From assembly GCA_963849325.1 (NCBI GenBank), contig CAWKHF010000012.1:1-64000 (forward strand): 64,000 nucleotides of DNA, written 5' to 3'. Both the position numbers and the translations under genes were made by a program. Origin of the DNA: an uncultured Planctomycetota bacterium (GTDB lineage Bacteria; Planctomycetota; Planctomycetia; Gemmatales; Gemmataceae). Numbering within the stretch: the stretch's first letter is position 1; each line of letters begins with the position of its first letter. The notes under the pieces are model-generated. The model was not told the origin of the DNA, searched no databases, and was given only the letters and a program-made list of their open reading frames with translations. Shown here piece by piece: positions 42,587 to 52,481 of this stretch.

Positions 42587-44071
42587 ATGTACTCCATCCC
42601 TGAATACCTCCGTCAATCCCGCCGCGACTTCCTGACCCGTTCGACCGGCGGCGTCGGCTTGCTCGCCCTGGCCTCGCTTCTGCGCGACGACGGCCTGCTG
42701 GCGGCGGAAGATAATTTGGATGCTTCCAATCCACTCTCTCCGAAGGCGCCCCACTTCGCTCCTCGGGCCAAGAACTGTATCTGCATCTATCTCGAAGGCG
42801 CGCCCAGCCAGATCGACCTCTTCGATCCCAAGCCCAAGCTCAACGAGTTGCACGGCCAAAAGCTGCCCGAGTCGATGACGAAGAACGTGCGCTTCGCCTT
42901 CATCCAGAAGGAGGGGGCGCGTTTGCTGGGCAGCCCACGCAAGTTCCAGAAGCACGGGCAATGCGGCATGGAGCTGTCCGATTTCCTGCCGCACCTGGCG
43001 ACCTGCGCCGACGACATCGCCCTGGTGCGCTCGATGCACACCGAGGCGTTCAACCACCACCCCGGCCAGCTGATGATGAACACCGGCGTGCCGACCTTCG
43101 GTCGGCCGAGCATGGGTTCGTGGCTGACCTACGGACTCGGCTCGGCGGCGAGCAACCTTCCCGGCTACGTCGTCCTGACGGCCGGGCGCGGCACCAGCGC
43201 CGGGGCCACCGCCTGGTCGAGCGGCTTTCTGCCGACGACGTACCAGGGCGTCCTCTTCCGCAACAGCGGCGAACCCGTCCTCAACCTCGCCAACCCCGCC
43301 GGCCTGACCGACGCCATGCAGGGCAAGACCATCGCGGCGCTGCGCGATCTGAACGCGGAGCGCTACCAGCACCTGGGCGACCCGGAAATCCACAGTCGCA
43401 TCGCCGCCTACGAGCTGGCCTTCCGCATGCAGTCGGCGGCCCCGGAGCTGATCGATCTCTCCGGCGAAACCAAGGCGACGCGAGAGATGTATGGACTGGA
43501 CCGACACGAACCGCAAATCAAGGCGTCGCGCGGCGGCGGCCGCGGCCAGTTCCACGCCTTCGCCGCCAACTGCCTGCTGGTGCGGCGGCTCGTCGAACGC
43601 GGCGTGCGCTTCGTCAACCTCTATCATGCCTCGTGGGACCATCACAGCAACCTCGACGCCGAGCTGGGTCACAACTGCCAAATGGCCGACCAGCCCATCG
43701 CGGCGCTGTTGAAAGACCTCAAGCGGCGCGGGCTGCTCGAGACGACGCTGGTGATGTGGATCAGCGAGTTCGGGCGGACGCCGCTGGGCGAGAACCGCGC
43801 CGGCTACAAAGCGGTGACGGGTCGCGATCATCATCCGTTCGCTTTCACGATCTGGCTGGCCGGCGGCGGCGTCAAGGGTGGGCAGGTCCTCGGTAGGACC
43901 GACGACATCGGCTGGAACGTCGTCGAAGACCCGGTCCACGTCAACGACCTGCACGCCACCGTCCTGCGCCTGTTCGGTCTGAATCATCTGAAGCTGACGT
44001 ATCGCTTCCAGGGGCGCGACTTCCGGCTGACCGACGTGGCCGGCAAGGTGGTGACGAAGCTCCTGGCCTAA
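42587..44071 (+). CDS. DUF1501 domain protein (Tat-exported, sulfatase-like fold)
   Basis: SRRDFL Tat motif, GAPSQIDLFDPKP, WDHH, SEFGRTP, GRDHHP, DLHAT. Confidence 0.93.
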   Translation: MYSIPEYLRQSRRDFLTRSTGGVGLLALASLLRDDGLLAAEDNLDASNPLSPKAPHFAPRAKNCICIYLEGAPSQIDLFDPKPKLNELHGQKLPESMTKNVRFAFIQKEGARLLGSPRKFQKHGQCGMELSDFLPHLATCADDIALVRSMHTEAFNHHPGQLMMNTGVPTFGRPSMGSWLTYGLGSAASNLPGYVVLTAGRGTSAGATAWSSGFLPTTYQGVLFRNSGEPVLNLANPAGLTDAMQGKTIAALRDLNAERYQHLGDPEIHSRIAAYELAFRMQSAAPELIDLSGETKATREMYGLDRHEPQIKASRGGGRGQFHAFAANCLLVRRLVERGVRFVNLYHASWDHHSNLDAELGHNCQMADQPIAALLKDLKRRGLLETTLVMWISEFGRTPLGENRAGYKAVTGRDHHPFAFTIWLAGGGVKGGQVLGRTDDIGWNVVEDPVHVNDLHATVLRLFGLNHLKLTYRFQGRDFRLTDVAGKVVTKLLA

Positions 44072-44079
44072 GACAACTA

Positions 44080-44135
44080 TCGGAGCCTGAAGCGTAAGCG
44101 AAGGAAGATCCCTTCGCTTACGCTTCAGGCTCCGA
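44080..44135. repeat. REP-like palindrome, family A
   Basis: 25-bp perfect inverted repeat just downstream of the DUF1501 stop. Confidence 0.9.
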
Positions 44136-44158
44136 GGGGCTCGACAGGAGGCGTTCCC

Positions 44159-45127
44159 ATGCAGCGCATCACGCGAGATCAGGCCCGCAAGTACGCCTTC
44201 GACTGGCGCGACGAGCCGCTGTTGCGCGTCCGTCCGGGCGAGAGCTTCGAGATCGAGACGTGGGACGCCAGCACCGGCTATTTCAAGACGCCGGCCGACA
44301 AGGCCATCCCCGGCCGGCGCCCCGGCTTCGACCGCAGCCCGCCGCACGCCAACCCCATTGGCGGTCCGGTTTATCTCGAAGGCGCTCGCCGCGGCGACAC
44401 GCTCGTCGTCACCATCGAGGACATCGAGGTGGCGGACTATTCGTGGATCGCCATCGGGCCGAAACGCGGCCCGCTCGGCGAATCGACGCGCTGGCCGGAA
44501 CTGTCGGGCGACTACACGACGAAAATCTTCCGCCACACGCCCGGCCCCAGCGGCAGCACGCGCGACGGCACGCTGCATTTCAGCGACCGCCTGTCCTGGC
44601 CGATCACGCCGTTCGTCGGCACGCTCGGCGTGGCCCCCGACCGCGAGGTGACGACCAGCCTCGACGGCCAGGGCGAGTGGGGCGGCAACCTCGACATCCG
44701 CGACGTCTGTCCCGGCAACCGCATCCTGCTGCCGATCTTCCACGCGGGAGCGCTCTTCTACCTCGGCGACGTTCACGCCAGCCAGGGCGACACCGAGTTC
44801 ACCGGCACCGCCGCCGAGACGCAAGCGACCGTCCGCGTTCGCCTCGATCTGGTCAAGGGACGTAGCGTGCCGTGGATGCGGATCGAGAAGCCGGATTCGA
44901 TCGTGTCGGTGTACGCCTTCCGGCCGCTGGAAGTCGCCGTCGAGACGGCGACGGTCAACCTGATGGACTGGCTCATCCGCGATTACGGCTTCACGCCGAC
45001 GGACGCCTACTGCCTGGTCAGCACCTGCCCCGATTTCCGCATCCACGTCTATCAGATGTGCAAGTTGGCGAAGTTGAACTTCGTGGCCGGGGCGGAATTG
45101 CCGAAACGGTATGTAGTTACGTCATGA
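44159..45127 (+). CDS. Acetamidase/formamidase family protein
   Basis: NPIGGPVYLEGA, GGNLDIRD, LGDVHASQGDTE. AGGAGG SD. Confidence 0.9.
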   Translation: MQRITRDQARKYAFDWRDEPLLRVRPGESFEIETWDASTGYFKTPADKAIPGRRPGFDRSPPHANPIGGPVYLEGARRGDTLVVTIEDIEVADYSWIAIGPKRGPLGESTRWPELSGDYTTKIFRHTPGPSGSTRDGTLHFSDRLSWPITPFVGTLGVAPDREVTTSLDGQGEWGGNLDIRDVCPGNRILLPIFHAGALFYLGDVHASQGDTEFTGTAAETQATVRVRLDLVKGRSVPWMRIEKPDSIVSVYAFRPLEVAVETATVNLMDWLIRDYGFTPTDAYCLVSTCPDFRIHVYQMCKLAKLNFVAGAELPKRYVVTS

Positions 45128-45309
45128 CAGCAAAGGCTGTTCGAGCGATTACCTTTGGTAGTCCTCGCTACGCTGTACAGCAAAGTTTTATCCCCGTACG
45201 AAATAGCATCATCCGTCTGTATCGCCCGACACCCGGTCGGCACGTCGGCAGATCGGATCGACGTGCAAATCGAAGTAAACTGGATGGAGGAAAGAGTTTT
45301 CAACCCCTT

Positions 45310-45465
45310 TTGCCCGCCCTAGAAAAACGCAATATAATGCGCATGTCAGTTGATTCTCGTTCGCGATCGGGGTATACTTACTATAAAAACGCATAGGAAT
45401 GCGCGTGTAGACAACGTGGAGAGATATTCCACCAATGCAGGCTGGGAAAACGCACTATAATGCGC
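45310..45465 (+). promoter_or_regulatory. Sigma-70 promoter plus three operator-like palindromes upstream of the hip operon
   Basis: TTGCCC-N17-TATAAT (45310-45338). AAAACGCA-N4-AATGCGC with CGCA at 45328, 45390 and 45451. Confidence 0.75.
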
Positions 45466-45484
45466 CGGAGTGGGGGAAGAGGCT

Positions 45485-45703
45485 ATGACGAGCCAACAAA
45501 TCGGGGAAAAACTACGGAGCCGGCGGAAGAGTCTCCGCCTTCGCCAGCGTGATCTAGCCGAACTTGCCGGGGTCACCTTGCGCGGGTTGACCGACCTAGA
45601 AAACGGCAGGGCGAACCCCACTATCAACCAACTCGCCAAGATCGCGGGAGTCCTGGGGTTGGAACTCCGCCTGACGGAGAGGTCGCTCCATGCGTCGAGC
45701 TAA
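45485..45703 (+). CDS. XRE/HTH transcriptional regulator (HipB-like)
   Basis: LRQRDLAELAGVTLRGLTDLENGRANPTINQLAKI. Confidence 0.9.
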   Translation: MTSQQIGEKLRSRRKSLRLRQRDLAELAGVTLRGLTDLENGRANPTINQLAKIAGVLGLELRLTERSLHASS

Positions 45704-46019
45704 CGTGTATTGTCGGGGTGTCCTCGCGGGGGTTCTGTGCAAGTATCAGGTAGATCGCTACCGCTTCCAGTACATCCCTGAGTACCTGAGCAGCCCGAAG
45801 TGTCCGGCCATCAGCCTGTCTTTCCCCAAGCAGGCGGCCCCCTTCGAGTCGCCGGTACTGTTCCCGTTCTTTTTCGGTCTCCTGGCGGAAGGAGAGGACA
45901 AGGCCCTGCAATGCCGGGTGCTGAAGATCGACGAAAACGACCTCTTCACTCGGTTGCTGAAGACATGCGAAGCCGAAACCATCGGGGGAGTTACTGTCAA
46001 GGAGGTCGTCTCGTCATGA
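45690..46019 (+). CDS. HipA N-terminal domain protein (HipS-like)
   Basis: YRFQY, AISLSFP, LFPFFFGLLAEG, TIGGVTV. Overlaps both neighbouring genes. Confidence 0.88.
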   Translation: MRRANVYCRGVLAGVLCKYQVDRYRFQYIPEYLSSPKCPAISLSFPKQAAPFESPVLFPFFFGLLAEGEDKALQCRVLKIDENDLFTRLLKTCEAETIGGVTVKEVVSS

Positions 46020-47014
46020 TGCGTTGCCCGGGGTGCTTCAAGGCGGGGCAGGACACCTACTGCAGGGCGTGCCGGAAGCGATTGTTTGGGGGCAAGAAGG
46101 TCTCTTTCGTCCTGCCTTTTTCTCGCCCGGCCTACAACGAGGCAAAGCTCGCCGTCACATCGGAAAAGTTGTCGATATCAGGTATCCAGACCAAGATCTC
46201 TCTCGTCTTGAACGAAGGGCGATTGGAGATGGTCAATTCAGGCGGGCAATACATCCTCAAACCCATACCGCAGGGAGTTTTTCAGCGACTGGAATTGGTC
46301 CCAATCAACGAACACCTGACGATGCAAATCGCCCGTCAGGTCTTCAACATCGAGGTGGCCGAAAACGCCCTGGTTGCGTTTGAAGGCGGGGAACTCGCTT
46401 ACATTGTCCGCCGATTCGACGTGCAGCCGGACGGCAAGCGCTCGCTCCAGGAGGACTTTGCCCAGATCGCCGCTAAATCCGAAGAAACCCAGGGGAAGAA
46501 CTACAAATACGACTGCTCTTACGAAGAAATCGGCGACCTGATCCGGAGGCACGTGGCCGCTTACCCGGTAGATCTGGAACGGTACTTCCAACTCGTTGTA
46601 TTCAACTACGTTGTCAACAACGGAGACGCCCACGTGAAGAACTTTTCGCTCATCAGAAATGAGCAGACCGGCGAATACAATTTGAGCCCTGCATACGATT
46701 TGCTGAACACTCGCCTGCACCTGCCGGACGAATCGCGAACCGCCCTGGTGTTGTTTAAAGATGACTTCGAGACGGTGAGCTACAAGACGAACGCCTTTTA
46801 TGCCTATGATGACTTCGTCGTGTTCGCTCAGAGGCTCGGACTTGTCGAGATACGTTACAAGAGAATTCTGGAGAATTTCATCGGCAGGCAGGAGACTATG
46901 TTCTCCCTTATCGATTGCTCGAGGCTGCCGGAAGAATGCAAGCGGTTGTACAAAGAAAACGTGAAAGACCGGGTCCGTGCCCTCTCCTATTCCTTCTTGA
47001 ACCTGCGACGATAA
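46016..47014 (+). CDS. HipA-family Ser/Thr kinase toxin, C-terminal kinase only (HipT-like)
   Basis: SISGIQTK, YILKP, NEHLTM, RRFD, EDFAQ, NGDAHVKNFS, LSPAYD. ATGA overlap with the upstream gene. Confidence 0.92.
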   Translation: MMRCPGCFKAGQDTYCRACRKRLFGGKKVSFVLPFSRPAYNEAKLAVTSEKLSISGIQTKISLVLNEGRLEMVNSGGQYILKPIPQGVFQRLELVPINEHLTMQIARQVFNIEVAENALVAFEGGELAYIVRRFDVQPDGKRSLQEDFAQIAAKSEETQGKNYKYDCSYEEIGDLIRRHVAAYPVDLERYFQLVVFNYVVNNGDAHVKNFSLIRNEQTGEYNLSPAYDLLNTRLHLPDESRTALVLFKDDFETVSYKTNAFYAYDDFVVFAQRLGLVEIRYKRILENFIGRQETMFSLIDCSRLPEECKRLYKENVKDRVRALSYSFLNLRR

Positions 47015-47039
47015 GAATAGAAGACTCCATTGCCATGGC

Positions 47040-47140
47040 CGCGCGTGCCGCTACGGGCCGCACCGCTCGCACGGCTGTGGGCATCCCGATCCGCTCGGCG
47101 ATCTCGGCGTAACTTGCGGTCGAGCCGGACGATGGCCGAT
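47040..47140 (-). pseudogene. Fragment of a methylated-DNA-protein-cysteine methyltransferase (Ogt/Ada C-terminal domain)
   Basis: GSTASYAEIAERIGMPTAVRAV matches the MGMT DNA-binding HTH. No PCHR active site follows. Confidence 0.6.
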
Positions 47141-47207
47141 CCGAACTCCGGTTCTTGCTTTCCAATCGGGGATTCCGGACGCCGTCTTCCACGCTCGGAC
47201 TCGACCT

Positions 47208-49704
47208 TCAGTTCCTCGTAATCGTCTCGTGCAGATTCAGGATGACGCGGGCCACCGATGTCCACGCGGCCAGCTCGGCTACATCGAGGTCCGTGGGAAC
47301 GGACCGCTCGCCCGTGCTCACCAGCTTGCGGGCGGCTTGGGAATCGGCGGCGAACTCGGCCCGGTGCCTGGCGAGCAACTCGCTCAGCAGACGTACTTCC
47401 TCCGGCTTTACGTTCCGCGACACGGCACGCCGGTAGGCCCAGTTGAGGCGCCCAGGCATGGTCGCGCCGCCCTCGCGGAGAATCCGCTCGGCAAAGACGC
47501 GCGCCGCCTCGACGTAGGTGGGATCGTTGAGCAGCACCAGCGCTTGCAGCGGCGTGCTGGAGCGCGGCCGTTCGACCGTACACTCTTCGCGCGTCGGGGC
47601 GTCGAACGCTTTCAGGCTTGGATGCAGAAACGTGCGCTGCCAGTAGGTGTACAGGCCACGGCGATACTGGTCCGTCCCATGATCGGGCTGATAAGTGCGT
47701 TTCGGGAAATTCAGGTGCTTCCAGTAACCCTCCGGCTGATACGGCTTGACGCTCGGCCCGCCGACCTTGGTGGACAGCAGACCGCTGATGGCCAGGGCGT
47801 TGTCGCGCACCATCTCCGCGTCGAGGCGGAAACGTCCCTGCCGCGCCAGCCATTGGTTGCCCGGATCGCGCTGGCGCAGTTCTCGACCGGCGTGCGACGA
47901 CTGCCGGTAGGTGCTCGACATCACCATCAGCTTGAGGGTGTGCTTGATGTCCCAGCCGCTGTCCATGAATTCGACGGCCAGCCAGTCCAGCAGGGCCGGA
48001 TGCGTGGGGAAGGTGCCTTGCGTGCCAAAGTCTTCGAGGCTCTTGACGATGCCCTGGCCGAAGGTCAGCTTCCAAAGGCGGTTGACGAACACACGGGCCG
48101 TCAGCGGATTGTCGCGCGACACGAACCAGCGCGCCAGGTCGAGCCGGTTGGCTCGCCGGCTCGTCCCGTCCAGCGACGGCAGCGCGGCCGGCACCGCCGG
48201 TGCGACGACCTGTCCCGAATCGTCGAGCCAGTTGCCGCGCGGCAGGATGCGCATGACGCGCGGGCTGACCGAGACGCTGATGAGCGTCTTCGGCAGCGCG
48301 TCGGTGAGCTGTTTCTTCTGCGCCTCCAGTCGGGCGAGCGGTTCGCGCACGGCGGCCAGCTCCGGGGCAATGCCGCGATAGTACGCCGCCAGGGCTTCGG
48401 TCTGCTTGGCGTTGCGTTTCTCCGGCTCGACCTTCAGCGCCGCCGCCACGTCCGCAGGCAAACCCACGGGTTTGCCGCGCGCCCGTTCCTCCCAGGCACT
48501 CTGGCCGACCTCGACAGCGAGGGTCCGTTTGAGGAATGCCGCCCGCAGCGGGGCGATCTCCTGGTCGAGTCGGTCGAGCTGGGCCTGCTGCTCCGGCGTG
48601 GGCATGACGATCTGTTCCTGACGGCCGACCGCCCGCTCCTTCACGTCGGCGAAGAAAGCGCCCAGGCTGTAAAAGTCCTTCATCGTGAACGGATCGAACT
48701 TGTGGTTGTGGCATTCGCAGCAGCCCAGCGTCGTGGCCAGCCACACCGATGAGGCGTTGCGCACCCGGTCGGCGGCGTACTTGGCCGTGTACTCCTTCGC
48801 CTGCGCGCCGCCCTCCTCCGTCGTTTGCAGCAGCCGATTGTATCCCGAGGCGATCTTCTGCTCGGCCGTCGGATTGGGCAGCAGGTCGCCGGCCAGCTGC
48901 TCGATGGTGAATTGATCGAAGTGTTTGTTTCGATTGAAGGCGGCGATGACCCAATCGCGGTACAGGGCAATGTCGCGGTGGTTGTCGCTGTGATAGCCGC
49001 CGGTGTCGGCGTAGCGGACCAGATCGAGCCAGTACACCGCCATGCGTTCGCCGAAGTGGGGCGAGCCGAGCACACGATCGACCACCTTCTCGTAAGCGTT
49101 GGCGCTCTTGTCGTTGACGAACGCTTGCACCTCCTCCGGCGTCGGCGGCAGTCCGATCAGATCGAAGTTGAGGCGGCGCAGCAGCGTCACGCGATCCGCT
49201 TCCGGCGCCGGTCGATAGCCGAGTTTCTCGTGCTTGGCCGCGATGAATCGATCGATTGGATTGCTCGGCCAATCTCGGTTCGTGACAGTCGGCGGCGTCG
49301 GCCGAGTCGGCTTGAACGTAGGCCCAGTGGACGTCGAACCTGGCCCCCTGCTCGACCCACCGTTTCAGCACGGCGATTTGTTCGGCCGTCAGCGCCCCCT
49401 TCTTGGACTTCGGTGGCGGCATGACCTCGTCGGGATCGTCGCTGGTGATGCGTTCGAGGAGCGAGCTGTTCGCCGGATCGCCCGGCGTGATGGCCTTCCG
49501 GATCGCCGAGGCGCGGTCGTCGAGCCGCAGTTTCGCCTTGCGTCGTCCCTCGTCCGGCCCGTGGCAGGCGTAGCAGTGGGTGGCGAGGATCGGCTTGACG
49601 TCGCGGCTGTAGTTGACGGTCGGTCCCTCCGCGGCGCCTGCACGGCCGGTCCAGGACAGGGCGAGCAGCAAACCCAACACCGCCGAGGTAATCTTCCTTC
49701 GCAT
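47208..49704 (-). CDS. Planctomycete cytochrome c / DUF1549 / DUF1553 protein; one or more frame breaks around 49200-49320
   Basis: Signal peptide, CYACH, HWAY, SPHFGERMAVYWLDLVRYAD, CCECHNHKFDP, NPLTARV, STPLQAL. Confidence 0.9.
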
Positions 49705-49824
49705 GATGGATGCTTCTCTCGTAGGGATGTTCGTGGCAACGCGGTCGCCGGTCGAACGCTTGCTGGGTGGGCCACTTCCTATTTAATGCACGGAATGGGG
49801 GCGGAGGCAACAGGTCCGGATGAT

Positions 49825-50283
49825 TTATATGCGACGGCCGGCGAACAAGGCGTTCGGTAGAAGGGTTACCTCTTGATCGGCCCCGCGAAAGGCGGCATCG
49901 AAGAACTGCAAGAAACCCGCGAATCCAAGGAGGCCGCGCAGCAAGGGAAACGGCGCGAAACCGACAATGGTGTCCCATTCGTAGGTTTCCGCGATGCCAT
50001 CGCTAATGCGCAGTTGGACCATGGCGTAACGGCAGTGAATCCGACCACGACCGACGAGGTGGACTTGGCGTTGGAGAGCTTGACTCAAGTCCACGCCGAT
50101 CAGCGGAGCCACCGACGGATCCAGGATCGTCTCATCCGCCCCGGTGTCGAGCAGACCGTCACGCAAACGGGAACCAGAAGGTCCGGTAATGTGAAGGGCC
50201 AAAATGGGCCGTGGCAAAAAGATCGCCCCACCAAGGGCGGGGACAGGTGTGCGCACCGGACAGTGCGTGTACCGAACGATCAT
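49825..50283 (-). CDS. Clan AA (retropepsin-like) aspartyl protease
   Basis: GLLDTGADET and GLLGFAGFLQFF. Confidence 0.8.
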   Translation of the reverse strand: MIVRYTHCPVRTPVPALGGAIFLPRPILALHITGPSGSRLRDGLLDTGADETILDPSVAPLIGVDLSQALQRQVHLVGRGRIHCRYAMVQLRISDGIAETYEWDTIVGFAPFPLLRGLLGFAGFLQFFDAAFRGADQEVTLLPNALFAGRRI

Positions 50284-50537
50284 GCTTGGGCCGAATCCTC
50301 GGAGAGAGACCAACCGTCCCAGGAGACCTCTTCGGGGATGGCGACCCGACTAACCAGGACTTCGGCTGGGTCGTAGCCGGCGGCGCAAAGATGGGCATCC
50401 AGCCGAAGCGGATCGGGATCGGCCGCCAGGATGCGAGTCCCGTCCGGACTCCAGGCGACGTACTGACCGTTATACTTTTCCAGTTCCGCACGCGGCAAAC
50501 GACTCTGGTTGTGCCGGAATTCATTGATGTCGATCAT
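50280..50537 (-). CDS. DUF5678-like small protein
   Basis: ELEKYNGQYVAWSPDGTRILAAD. ATGA overlap with the protease gene. Confidence 0.75.
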   Translation of the reverse strand: MIDINEFRHNQSRLPRAELEKYNGQYVAWSPDGTRILAADPDPLRLDAHLCAAGYDPAEVLVSRVAIPEEVSWDGWSLSEDSAQA

Positions 50538-50601
50538 GACAGGGTCTCTGTGGGGCAATGAACGGCTCCGCGGAATGGACTTTATTCTACTCCGTTGAGG
50601 A

Positions 50602-51150
50602 TCACTTTCTTTCGTCATCGCGGAAATCTGGCCCCAGCGCCTCACGCAGTTTCGGATCGTCGGCCAGATCGGCGAACTCACGCAGCCAGTGTTGCTTTTC
50701 CTCGTCCGATACCCCGTCCGGCTTGGCGGGAGTCTCCTCCGTCGTCGCCTTCTCCCGCCGCAAGCGCTCCATTTCGTCGAGATATTCCATGCAGCCCAGC
50801 ACCGGACAGCGCCGGCGCCGGCCGGCCTGCTGGATGCGGTGATCGTCGGAGACGACCGTCAACTGCCGCGGCGCCGCGTCGCGCCGGATCAACTCTTCGA
50901 TGCGATCGTCCGCCTCACCCTCCAGGGCGTACCAGATGTGAACGCCGCGATAATGCTCCTCGGCCGAGGCGCCCGGCGGAGCGCGCGAGGCGTCGAAGAC
51001 CACCGTCACGCCGGCGCCGTCCGGGCGATGACTGCCGCATAGGTGGCCCAGCAGGGCGAGACGAGCTTTCTCCAAACCGTGCGGCCCGACCTTGCCGGAC
51101 AGCACGCCCATCGCGTGCAGCAGGTTGTAACCGTCGATAAGATAACGCAT
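50602..51150 (-). CDS. YacP-like NYN domain protein
   Basis: MRYLIDGYNLLH, VVFDA, ADDRI, VVSDD. Confidence 0.88.
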   Translation of the reverse strand: MRYLIDGYNLLHAMGVLSGKVGPHGLEKARLALLGHLCGSHRPDGAGVTVVFDASRAPPGASAEEHYRGVHIWYALEGEADDRIEELIRRDAAPRQLTVVSDDHRIQQAGRRRRCPVLGCMEYLDEMERLRREKATTEETPAKPDGVSDEEKQHWLREFADLADDPKLREALGPDFRDDERK

Positions 51151-51286
51151 GACGCTCCCCCAACGGATCGCCGGGCGTCTCCTTCGATTGTGGCAGGGAG
51201 GAGGAGGGACGAGAAGGGAAAAAAGAGAGGCGTCGCCTTCGGGGCCACGCCTCTGCTCTATGGGAACGGCCGAACCTTCGGCCGGC

Positions 51287-51478
51287 TTAGGGAAGATCCG
51301 GCTCCTCGGAGGACCGGCTGTCCTCCGGTTCCTCGGCCGGTATGCGGTAGGTCTCTCCCAGCCAACGACCCAGGTCAATCGACCGGCAGCGCGCCGAGCA
51401 GAAGGGGAATTGTGGCCATTCCACCAGGCTCTGCCCTTGCATCGTTCGACCACAGATCGGGCAGGACGCCTTTATCAT
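51287..51478 (-). CDS. yacG: DNA gyrase inhibitor YacG
   Basis: CPICG...[16 protein letters not shown]. Confidence 0.9.
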   Translation of the reverse strand: MIKASCPICGRTMQGQSLVEWPQFPFCSARCRSIDLGRWLGETYRIPAEEPEDSRSSEEPDLP

Positions 51479-51491
51479 CGACCGATCCCGC

Positions 51492-51827
51492 TCAGGACTT
51501 CGAGCTTTTCTGGTCACTTTTCTTGCCCTTACCCCCGCTGTCCTTCGAGGCCGCGCCGTTTGTGCCGGCCGTGCCGCCTGTGTCCTTGGCGGCCGGCTTG
51601 CTGGCGCCGTCCTGGTCGGCCTTGGCCGCCTGCTTGTACGAATCGCTGCGGTAGTCCGTTTCGTAGAAGCCGGAGCCTTTGAAGAGGATCGCCGCCCCGG
51701 TGCCGAAGACACGCCGCAGTTTCGGCTTCTTGCACTTGGGACATTTCTTCAACGGCGCCTCGCTCATCGACTGAAATTCGTCGAAGTTATGATCGCAAGC
51801 GTCACACTGGTATTCGTAGGTTGGCAT
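51492..51827 (-). CDS. FmdB family zinc-ribbon regulatory protein
   Basis: [11 protein letters not shown]...CPKC...[11 protein letters not shown]. Confidence 0.92.
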   Translation of the reverse strand: MPTYEYQCDACDHNFDEFQSMSEAPLKKCPKCKKPKLRRVFGTGAAILFKGSGFYETDYRSDSYKQAAKADQDGASKPAAKDTGGTAGTNGAASKDSGGKGKKSDQKSSKS

Positions 51828-51848
51828 AACCGCTCTTCTCCCTATTGT

Positions 51849-51881
51849 GCCGCTGGCGGCTTCACGCCGGCTGCCAGCGGC
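51849..51881. terminator. Short GC-rich hairpin immediately after the grpE stop
   Basis: gccgctggcggc...gctgccagcggc; no clear U-tract. Confidence 0.35.
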
Positions 51882-51882
51882 G

Positions 51883-52458
51883 TTACTCAGGTTTGTCCGT
51901 GGTCGAGGACACGGCCACGCGCGCGGGACGGAGCACGCGATCGTGGATCATGTAGCCCGGTTCCAGCACCGCAATGATCGTCATGGGCGGATGCTCCTTG
52001 CTCGGTTGCTGCATCACCGCCTGGTGAAGGTTCGGATCGAACGGCAGCCCCAGCGCCTCGATGCGCGTGACGCCGTGGCGGCGCAGAATGTCGAGCAGTT
52101 GTGTCTGCACCATCGCCACGCCCTGGACCAGCGGTCCCTTCTCGCCGGCCTGCTCGGCAGCGGTGGTGGCCCGTTCCAGGTTGTCGATGGCGGCCAGCAG
52201 GTCGGACGCCAGGGGCGCCTGGGCGAAGCGGCGTTCCTGGACGAGATCGCGCTGCATGCGCTTCTGATAGTTCTCGAAGTCCGCCCGTGTGCGCTGGGCC
52301 AGGGCGAGATACTCGTCGCGCTTCTGCTCGGCCGTTTGCAGCTGGGTCCGCAGCGCCTCCAGGTCGCTGAGCACCTGCTCGCCGGCCTGCGCCGTGGCCT
52401 TCTCGTCCGCGCTGTTGTCGGAGTTGGAAGGTCGATTTTGTTTCTTGTGTTCCGTCAT
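51883..52458 (-). CDS. grpE: Nucleotide exchange factor GrpE
   Basis: RTRADFENYQKR, FDPNLHQAV, GYMIHDRVLRPARVAV. Confidence 0.96.
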   Translation of the reverse strand: MTEHKKQNRPSNSDNSADEKATAQAGEQVLSDLEALRTQLQTAEQKRDEYLALAQRTRADFENYQKRMQRDLVQERRFAQAPLASDLLAAIDNLERATTAAEQAGEKGPLVQGVAMVQTQLLDILRRHGVTRIEALGLPFDPNLHQAVMQQPSKEHPPMTIIAVLEPGYMIHDRVLRPARVAVSSTTDKPE

Positions 52459-52481
52459 GGCCTCTCACTGATGCTGTCTGT

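Noticed and set aside
42509-45046. Long antisense ORFs (845 aa here; also 35163-37211, 26628-28406 and others)
   Set aside because: These are shadow ORFs of GC-rich genes on the opposite strand, with no recognisable domains.
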